A stretch of DNA of 64,000 bases from Balanoglossus misakiensis. Its lineage: Eukaryota; Animalia; Hemichordata. Numbering within the stretch: the stretch's first letter is position 1; each line of letters opens with the position of its first letter. Below the pieces are notes generated by a model, which was not told where the DNA came from, did no database searches, and saw only the letters and a list, made by a program, of their open reading frames with translations. The translations under genes were made by a program, and so were the position numbers. Shown here piece by piece: positions 29,068 to 38,193 of the stretch. The stretch is taken from the NCBI GenBank assembly GCA_040954595.2, contig CM082589.2, positions 6,879,186 to 6,943,185 of the forward strand. The letters are read 5' to 3'.

Positions 29068-29320
29068 GGGGACGTGTCCGAGTGGTTTTGTGCGATGACT
29101 TTTCCTTGCTACGTGAATAGGTACGGTAGGCTCGAGTTCAAATCCCATGTACAAGTGTGTTGACTGCATTATGACTCTTTCGACTTTGACTTATTCCTTG
29201 CTATGTGAATAGGTACAATAGGCTCGAGTTCAAATCCCATGTACAAGTCTGTTGACTGCATGATGACTCTTTCATTTTCAACTTTGACTTCCTTGCTACG
29301 AGTTCAAATCCCATGTGAAT
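29068..29320 (+). pseudogene. tRNA-derived (SINE-head-like) relic with tandemly triplicated 3' part
   Basis: A-box-like TGTCCGAGTGG at 29075-29085; B-box GAGTTCAAATCCC at 29134, 29226 and 29300; a ~92-bp unit duplicated plus a shorter third copy. There is no acceptor stem and there are internal T-runs, so it is not a functional tRNA. Confidence 0.55.
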
Positions 29321-29400
29321 CTCTCGACTGCCTGCTGACGGCATCGTGCTAGCCCGTGTACATGATCAGGAAATCTATGGAGTCCACTCGCTGAATGAAT

Positions 29401-30207
29401 GGATGGGTGGTAAAGACCTATCCCAACGGTGGGTGAAGTGCTGGTAACCTCTGACCCCAAATGAAATCACAGTCTACACTGCCATGGATGGTCTCTTGTG
29501 CAGGGATGGATGTGATGATGACACTGTCACATGAAAATTATCTACTGGAAAGTTGGCGATTGTGGTGATCAGCCCTATATACCTTTGCATGTATGTTGGA
29601 TAATGTTCTAGAGTCACCAGTGAGTTTGTTGAGTAAGTGGCACTTCATATAGAGAGCACACTACCAAAACAACACAGGTGTGATTTAAAGGCCAGGTGGT
29701 AAAGACCTGCCCCAACCAAGGGTCAAGTGCTGGTAACCTCTGACCCTGTATCAGTAGAGGCTGTACTATACTGCTTAGTAAAGTGAAATTAAATCAAGCC
29801 TATTTTCTCAGGTTGGATCAGTTGGATGGATGAAATCATTATACAGGCAAATTATGTCGTGGAAAGTTCAAGTTGATGCATGAGATTAATTAAAGGGGAC
29901 TTGGAAGATTTTTGAAGAAACTGGTTGCTGAGACAATGGGATTTAAAGGACAAGGTGGTAAAGACCTGTCCCAACGAAGGGTCAAGTGCTGGTAACCTCT
30001 GACCCTGTATTAGTAGAGGCTGTACTATACTGCTTAGTGAAGTGAAATTAAATCAAGCCTATTTTCTCAGGTTGGATCAGTTGGATGGATGAAATCATTA
30101 GGGGACTTGGAAGATTTTTGAAGAAACTGGTTGCTGCTGGGACAATGTAGGGCAAGGTGGTAAAGACCTGTCCCAACGGAAGGTCATGTGCTGGTAACCT
30201 CTGACCT
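29401..30207 (+). repeat. Degenerate 200-290 bp tandem repeat with four conserved ~57-nt two-hairpin cores
   Basis: Core GGTGGTAAAGACCTRYCCCAAC..RGGTSAWGTGCTGGTAACCTCTGACC at 29401-29457, 29690-29746, 29948-30005 and 30150-30207. Spacers 2 and 3 are near-identical apart from a deletion; spacer 1 is strongly diverged. Confidence 0.9.
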
Positions 30208-31619
30208 CACGTTAATATCAACAAGATCAGAAGTTTTTTATAAACACCAAGAAATGGACTTCAATTTATGCAGCAGTATTTCATTTGACTGTAATGTAGT
30301 TTTTCTCATCTTTATTTGGGTTTCGAATTAAAATTTGGAGAATCTGCACACAGGGTGAGTAAACATCCGGCTCGCTGGTCAGAGCATTGGTAAAATCCTA
30401 CCTCCCTGCCTTCACTTATTTGGCAATCTTCAGGAGTTTGGCAAGAAGGAAGGGTTGGGTAGCCCGCTCGCAGCACTCTTGTTGAATGCATTTCCATGGA
30501 ATATTTTGATTTAAAAAATGTTGATTTGAAATTACTGATAGCACAATAAACTTCTGATTACCAATTTTAGTGTTTATGTGTGTATATTGTTTCTTTTGAG
30601 AATAAAATTTCAAATCAATTGGCATATTTGTGTGGTTGTCCATTTGTTACCTATCTCTGCACTTAAGATTTTTGAAATGCAACACATTGTCCTCACTGGA
30701 AATCATGTGATCACTATATGACATTAAATTTTACGACAATGTCAATAAGCTGGTGTTGTCAGACTAAGGGGGTTCTAAAGTTTAGGATATATTCAGAGGT
30801 CATTGAGAAGTTCAAACACACAAAAGAAAACAATGTAATGCTGTCATCCAGGAAAACTTGGACATAAACTCCAAGGCACTTTTATTTCCATTTATCAGAC
30901 AGATAAAAAAAAAACCCTGTACACTGGAAATGTTTACTAACTTGCCCTGTCAATATTCCCCAATATTCCCCTGTCACGAAGAATGACAAACAAACAGTTG
31001 CAACTCTACCACTAAGTGACCAGCTTTTATCAAAAAGGAACATAAAACATAACCAATGCTGAAGCAGCCATAGGCATATTTCTTCATTTGTTTACACATA
31101 TGGTTTTGTTTTACCATTCGAATTCCAAGTTTGTCTTATCTTAGTTTACATCATCACAAAAATCCTGTGATAGCACTTATAACTCAAAACTAAACTACCA
31201 GTAAATAAAACAAAACAAAACATAAAACACAGTACACGTATTGTGACTGTCATGACTAAATGAAAAACAATGGTTGGGCTTTTTCTATGATGTTGGAAAC
31301 TATAAATGAATGTCTTCTTTCAGAGAATGTTTAAAATGGCAGCCTGTTTCGTGTGACTCGGTAAACTATTCTGTATGGCATCTGCTATGTAACAGACACT
31401 GCCAGGCCTTAACTGCCATAGTCAAAGTCTGTATTACAGATTTATGACATGTTGACTATGTCGCAAGTACTGCTTGAAGGAAGGGGGGGGGAAGAGTCTT
31501 CATGGTGACAGAGCAAGGCATGACAACTGAGTGGCAGTAGGGGGGTGAGGGTGGAGGTAGTGAGGGTTTGAGTTCCCATACTCCAACATATCAGCCGTTC
31601 TCCAAGGCACTGTGTCCAG

Positions 31620-34600
31620 CTAGTAGTCTGTTGACTTGTAGTGATCGTCATCAATGGTTGAATAAATGTGTCCTTCGCTGCTGAGAAAGTCGATGGCAGT
31701 CCTGCAAAAAAGAATGTCACATAATGAGTGCGCAGACTGTACAAATTGGTTTTGCTGTAGAATGTTCAAAATTGTTCTCTAATGTTCCTTTGCTTGCAGT
31801 CTAAATAGTACAAAATTTGACCACTATATTTGATTTGATTTGGCTTGTTCAAATTCATTTTTTCCAGATAATTTCAGAACTTTGCAATTTATTATCACCT
31901 CTGCTACAGTTCAAAAACCGATTCTAACTTTCACTCAAATTACATATATGAAGATTATATAGCACATACCTGATGGAATCTCGCGATAAACTGCGTAGTT
32001 GTTGTGAAATGTAATCCACATTGACGCCTGTTTCATCTTGACAACTCTGTATGATTTGCTGCACCTAGAAAAAAAGAAATCCGAACGCCAGGTGTGTGAG
32101 AAGATTGTACTTAGATAAAGACTTCACAACCACTGAACGGCAAACATAAATTTGTTTTGAAAAGTACAAATTTATCTAATTTTGTCTAAAAAAGGTAACA
32201 CTACAAAACGCGGCCATTGTTATTACTCAATCTGGACTCAAGAGGGCGCTCTAACAGATGACATCATACCTGCGCTTGTACGTTACTGAGTCCCGAGAGG
32301 GGCTGTGCCCCACTGTACCCTCCTCCATAGTTTCCTGTGTCCATCTGTCCTCCTGTTTGCGTGTGGTTCATACCGTTCGCTGCCTGCAGATAAATCCAAC
32401 AGTGTCATTATAAGAATTTCTTCCCGTCTTTAAGTCTTGCCCAAAATGCAAAGGAGCGAAACATGACCGAAAAAAACAAAACATAACATAAGGTACATGC
32501 ATACCAATTTTCAAATTAATATGACCAGTGGTTGTTGAGTTTTTGAGTTTTGACCAATTTCACATTTTCCCAGCTAATTTGCATATTTTTGGCAATGACA
32601 ACTTCATTTGAACAAACTCCAATCTACAGCCCTGCCTTCATCTACACACCAAATATCGAGGTCATACGCACAGCGGTTTTCAAGTTTTTGATGTGGACGG
32701 ACATACAGACATACATCCATCCATACATAAGGTCCCATGGTACATACCAATGGGACCTAAAAACACACTTACCACTGCGCTTGTTGTCTGTGCTTTGTCG
32801 ATGTACATGTGCGAATGAACCACCTCCAAAAGATGCATGGTCAGTTCATTAAGGTCTGTGAGGGGCTGCACCCTGAAGGCGCCTATGTTACGCTTGCCGC
32901 CGAACGTGCGAAGTTGGCCGATCACTCTGACGTACGTATTTTCCGGAATGGGTCTGGTACTAGGTGATTCACCTTCCTGTCAATATACAAACAGCCGTGA
33001 ATTTGGTTGTAGTCCACACGTGGGGCTTTTTTTTCTTCTTGCAAAAATACTCCTTAATTCTTCGATTCTCCCAGCTTGAGAGAAACCACAACTTTTTGCA
33101 CGTTACATTAGTATACAGTGTCAATTTAAGATAATCTCCAGCGAGCACTACCGGTACATTCAGTCAAGCTATGAGAGTTGAGCTTAGAACAAATGCATGT
33201 AATATTTTGTCGTGCATCCAGGCACATCGCCCCTTGCATTATATTGGCTGGCATGGTCGGTAGGAACCTCACATGATACACTTTCCTTAGGTGCTTTTTA
33301 TTAAACTCTCTACATTTTTATACGATGTGGACTAAAAAATGATGTCCCTTAGTGACATTTCCAGGCTTCTTCCATTCTAGTTTCTTTCAAGCCCTACTGA
33401 AAAGTTCAAATATGGTTTGGATAATGATTGATGTTTCAATGTTAAATCAAGAGTGTTTTCCTTGCCTCTGCTTCAAGCCACTGCCTGACGTCTATTGGTG
33501 GGCCGGTCATGTCGTTCACTTTGTAAAGGATGTTTGTTGGCGCTTCTTGAACTGCTTGAATCAGACCAACAATTGTGACCTGGAAAGAAAAAGTAAAATA
33601 GGCTGTTCGTTTAACCTGTTTTCCTAAGAACAATTGAGTTCGACCAAATCATGACGGTGAATTTAATACTTTTGGGGATTCAAGTTCAACTAGATTTGAC
33701 ATTGGTGGTTTCTTGTGACTGAAGAATTCATAGCTGACATAAATACTACTAGTGGTAGCTTGAACAGGAAAATATGAAGCAACCTCAACACTACAACTTT
33801 TTTTAATGTATCTGGCTTGAGTAGTTTCCATCACAACAGCATTCTCACGATTAATATATGTGATTTTAAATAGTCGGACATACAATGGCTTGTCTGCTAA
33901 ACAGACATGCAAACTTCTGTAACCCCAGGCTGGACAACAGCGCCCTCTTATGCCAAGACTGTCTTACAGTGTTGTCCCCGGAGCAATTAAAGCATGGTGG
34001 CCACCACTCTTTAATTTTGAAAAGACAATAGAATTTAATTAACATAACAATTAATTATAGTGTTATGCAAATTAGTTTCCCCAAAATCTTGAGGAGAACA
34101 CTGGTCTTACCATATTGACTGCAACCTCTCCAACTTTAAAGTCCTCCTCCGCGGACTTCAAAAGCTCGGCCACTGTAACCGGCATCAAATTTTGAGTTCT
34201 CCGTCCCTGCAACGGGAAAGTTAAAAATAGCATCAGGATTCATCATAACCTGTTGCAGATGGAAACCTTTACAGCAATTCAGCAAACAGAAAAAAAATTG
34301 TATTTTGATGTTATAGGGATAATTTTAGTTGTGAATACTAATCAGGCTTCATCAGCCCAAATCCATTGACTTCTGGGAGTTACCCTGATCTCACCTTTCC
34401 CTTTTCCTGGGATGCCTGCATCGGAGAACCGAAACCACCAGGAGAATTGATGAAGCCTGTTCCTTCATTGACATAACCAGCATTGGCACCTCCTTAGGTA
34501 AAAGAAAGTTTTAATTACATGGACAATTTATAATTTGATTAGTATCTATGATTAAAGTGTTAAACATTAATAAAATTAAAACAAAAACATGAAATAAGCT

Positions 34601-34964
34601 AATTGTATGATAACTGAAGTTGTGTGGTCATGTACATTACAGTTGTTGCTGGACAATATTCCGGAAGTGGTTTGCATGACCACAGTCACTCCACACACGA
34701 TAGTTAGCTTGAACAGGGCGCTTTAATAGCACTCTGATTTTCGATTCACATTGCCGACAGGTTATCATAGCTCGCACAGAAGTCTGGTTGTTGTTCTGTT
34801 AGCAAGCAATAATTAACGTGGTGTTGCGCCATCATGTACATTGTACTGATGTGATCACACAGTCACAAAACTTCGAGATGTTCTTGAGCTACTTCAAGCG
34901 CCCTTTATTAACTTTGGTGATCAATAAAACAAGGGGAGGGCTTACCTGCTCCTTGATTCCACAT
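31620..34964 (-). CDS. RPA2: Replication protein A 32 kDa subunit, 273 aa, 8 coding exons
   Basis: Exons: 34946-34964, 34395-34492, 34111-34206, 33466-33579, 32773-32976, 32270-32383, 31970-32064, 31620-31701 (822 nt in total, phases consistent). Translation: MWNQGAGG...[13 protein letters not shown] (phospho-domain), OB-fold VTIVGLI...[12 protein letters not shown]...[22 protein letters not shown], winged-helix end [25 protein letters not shown]. Confidence 0.96.
32490..32763 (+). mobile_element. Non-autonomous Helentron/HINE-like element in RPA2 intron 5
   Basis: Degenerate (ACAT/CCAT)n tract at 32695-32728, followed by the hairpin AGGTCCCATGGTA-CA-TACCAATGGGACCT (32730-32758) and an A-run. 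This matches the microsatellite-plus-3'-hairpin layout of such elements. The 5' boundary is approximate. Confidence 0.55.
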
Positions 34965-35470
34965 AATGTATTGTTCTTCCAATAAATAATAGCGACTATG
35001 TTACGTTTATCGTGATATTTTTGTTAGCGTTCAGCTGTTTTCTTTTTGTCAATGCGCAGTGAAGAAAAGATGGCGGGAAATTATTGGAAATAAGCAAGGT
35101 CAAAGGTCATGGTACACATTAGCCAATAACTGTACATGTTACATCGAACTCATGCGCGAATAAATGCATCGTATTTTGATTCATTTCTTCATAGTTTATT
35201 TTGGGCTGTGAAATATCTGACGGGTGCTGCAATACGTGTTCCGTTTGATATTTTCCAAACCAAATTTGTAAACCGATTACTGAAAGTGTATTTTTCAGGT
35301 AACCAATCATTATCGTCCTTATGAAGCGCTTACGGGGACACCCTTGAGTGTCACGGATGAAATGCATGAAATGGGCGGAGCTTCAAGTAGCAGCTGATGC
35401 ATGATGCATTGTATGGAAATCTACAACATTGACGAAAAACAACTCATTTTATCATTGCCCGCCGTCAGAT
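34965..35470. promoter_or_regulatory. Bidirectional promoter shared by RPA2 and ECHDC1
   Basis: The genes are head-to-head. Overlapping YY1-like/E2F site AAGATGGCGGGAAA at 35067-35080, AGCCAAT at 35121-35127, GC-box GGGCGGAG at 35373-35380. Likely ECHDC1 non-coding exon 1 donor cag|GTAAGT at 35505. Confidence 0.65.
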
Positions 35471-36089
35471 CGTGCACTGCACAAGACTCCTCCAGGTTGT
35501 ACAGGTAAGTGCACTGCAGCGAGACGGTTTTGATCGACTCGCCCAGACTTTGAAGACACATCAAAACTTTTCCGTGATGAAAATTCATACCACTATTTAC
35601 AGCAGACGATATGTCAAAACATTGGGGTCAACGAACGGTCATGTTTGTTTTCTCATTGTTCTATGTCAGTGTGACATTGACGGTTATGCTTTTCTAGAGA
35701 TGAAAGTAAACAGTATTTCATAGCAGGAAATCTTCGCAAGAGTTCGTTCACTAACCATGAAAAATTTATAGTAATTTTATAAGGTGGAATTTTAATGTGC
35801 GCTTGATACGTTAAGTTAGTACATGCTGTACGTACCTAAAACATTCTGAAGAATTATTATTTGTGTACTAGTTGTCGAAATTACCAGTATATATTCATTA
35901 CTTGGAGGGTTTTTCACTTCGAACGAAAAACAGAACAAAACATAGTCATACAATGCAATGTACGACTCGTTCGTGATTAATAACAAGATCGGTTGTTGCA
36001 TGTGTTGGGGGCGTGCTTTTACGATGATGCAAGATCCCGAACTGGGCGGGGCATATACGTGTGATTGATAGGGGAGCGAGGTCGACGGG

Positions 36090-36109
36090 GTGTGTGTGTG
36101 TGTGTGTGT
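36090..36109. repeat. (GT)10 microsatellite
   Basis: Read directly from the sequence. Confidence 0.9.
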
Positions 36110-36578
36110 ATTGGGGAGGGCGGTCTGTGTTGCAGGCCAACCAAGGTAGATTGCTGGCAAAAATGAATGGTGTGATATGTGCAATAGTCTGTAGCAGTTG
36201 CTGGATATAGAAAGTGAAAACAGCGACGCACCTCTACCATGTCTACAAGTATTATTGCAGCTTGTATAAAGCAGACCGAGGTGGTCATTCAGTCAAGCCA
36301 TCTCATCTCAATTCAGTAATGGGTGTGGTTGAAGTGAACTTTAATAAAATGAAATTCTGGAAACAAAGGGTATAATTGACAAGAATCAACCATTTTCACA
36401 TTTGCATGGTGGTGTTTTCTTGGACCATTGTTTGTAAAAGTTTTAATCTTCTTTCAGGTATATTGGTGCTCGAGTATATGTCATCCCAAAGTTAATGCAT
36501 GCAAGTGCCCAAGATCAAGATCACTGAAGTTCCAAGTTCAATCAAGGTCGCTGGAGAGTATCAAGTTCATCATCCAAG

Positions 36579-38193
36579 ATGTTGTTAAGAAGAGTTGTGT
36601 CTTCGCCGATGTGCCGACTTCCCTTCCGTTGTCTTAGCAGCAGCGGGAATGGGAATGGGAACGGGAATGGATATTACGAGACCATGACGATGAATCTCAA
36701 CGAAACTGTCACTGGTGCGAGAATCGACCACTCCTTAGATCATGCACCCATCTACTACACTGAGAACACTTTCAATGAACACAAACACAGATTGGATCTG
36801 AAGAAAATGAACGGCGGAACCGTGGATCTGGAAAAGGACGATGAATCTGGGTTTTCCGTGGTTACCATCAGCAACCCCAGCAAAGGCAATGCCATGTCAG
36901 GTAAGCAGAGGCTGCAGCCATATTGAGAACAAACAGCATTCTGAGTAGTTCCAGTTATCTGTGCTGTTCCTCTGTGAGCTGTGCATTGCCCGTGATGTTT
37001 CAGGAGTCATCATGTACTGTGGTGTGATGTTGTAGTATTGCATCCCAAAAAAGGCAAAACACCTTAGACAGTGGGTGGCTAAGAGATGTAAAAACAAATG
37101 TTGGAATGGAATTGATTGTATGTTTGGTTTTTTGGCAATATGTGGTTTTAACCAGCATATACATATGCAGCACTTGTATTCAATACACCAAGCTACTACC
37201 AGGTAGTACATCAAAACTGGTACATGTTCTTCTAAAATTCTGATACTAAATCACCAGAAGCTGTATTGCTCGAAGTCACCAATCATATGCAGTGTTTTTG
37301 CTAAGGATGGGGAACATTGGTAAAAATGGATTTGGGAACCCCAGTAACATTTCTACAACTCCCTAATATAACTACATTAATGATATTACACCCAGGGGAA
37401 CCCCGGTAAAATGACTGGGGAACTCCGGTAGATTTTACCTAGGTACTGCCCTTAACAAAAACACTGAATGCCACATTGACGCGATGCACCTATGTTTTGT
37501 TGAAATTCTGCAGGTAGCATGATGTCTGATCTGTCGGATATCGTGGACGAGCTGGAAGAATGGCGACAGGGGAAAGCCGTCATCCTGCGAGGATCACCGG
37601 ACAGCGGCGTGTTCTGTGCGGGAGGCGACCTGAAGATGGTGAAGACCATGCTGACCCCGAACCAGGGGAGTCGCATTTGCCTGTTTATGCAGAACACTTT
37701 GAACCGACTGATGCAGTTGCCCCTGCTGAGCGTGGCCGTGATTCACGGGGCGGCGATCGGGGGCGGGGCCGAGCTGGTGACCGCGTGCGACTTCCGACTG
37801 ATGACGCGCGACGCCCGCATACAGTTTCCGCAGGCCCGTCTGGGCATCACTCCAGGCTGGGGCGGCGGGCGTCGCCTGGTGCGCCTGGTCGGGCCCAAGA
37901 CAGCGTTGAAAATACTGACGTCCGGGAGGGTCGTTTCGTCCCACGAGGCGTTGGAACTGGACTTGGCCGACGGCGTAGTCGATGGCGCAGATGTTGTCAG
38001 CTCGGCTTCTGAGTGGCTGCAGCAGTACACCAGGGGTGCCACCGAGGTGATCCAAGCCACAAAGTGCGTGGTTTTAGCGGGCGCTGAACTGCCTCTGGAC
38101 GCGGCAATGAGAAAAGAGAAAGACCTCTTTTCTACAGTTTGGGGTGGACCAGCTCATGTCAAAGCGCTGAATAAAGTGATGAAAAAAGACTGA
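36579..38193 (+). CDS. ECHDC1: Ethylmalonyl-CoA decarboxylase (crotonase superfamily), about 333 aa, 2 coding exons
   Basis: Exons 36579-36900 (cag|GTAAGC) and 37514-38193 (ctgcag|), phase-1 join ...GNAMS-G-SMM. Motifs GGTVDLEK, NPSKGNAMSG, FCAGGDL, CLFMQNTLNRLMQLPLLSVA, AIGGGAELVTACDFRLM, GITPGWGG and TVWGGPAH resemble ECHDC1 as recalled. The start codon is uncertain. Confidence 0.9.

Larger units (their letters stand above)
27050..30610 (+). ncRNA. Putative spliced lncRNA (or micropeptide transcript) between the satellite and RPA2
   Basis: Donor act|GTAAGT at 27149; acceptor ttctttcattccgcag| before 27437; exon 28806-28916 bounded by tttttcag| and |GTAAGT; further acceptors tattttctcag at 29811 and 30070; AATAAA at 30545 and 30601. 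No long ORF. Start and end are approximate. Confidence 0.4.

Noticed and set aside
29068-29155. Functional tRNA-Ser/Leu gene
   Set aside because: A- and B-box-like motifs are present, but there is no acceptor or anticodon stem and internal T4/T5 runs would terminate Pol III.
29255-29345. Box C/D snoRNA (ATGATGA at 29260, CTGA at 29335)
   Set aside because: The terminal stem is weak, I recognise no rRNA guide, and the C-box is not kept in the sister repeat copies.
29401-30207. Twister, HDV-like or hammerhead ribozyme, or SECIS, in the 57-nt core
   Set aside because: GTCCCAA, GAAGGG and TAA recall twister, but the P2/P4 partners are missing. There is no conserved HDV P1/P3 layout, no CUGANGA/GAAA, and no AUGA..GA quartet. 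Frameshifts between copies also exclude a conserved peptide.
37452-38060. Overlapping and antisense ORFs on ECHDC1 exon 3
   Set aside because: Shadow ORFs of a GC-rich coding exon.
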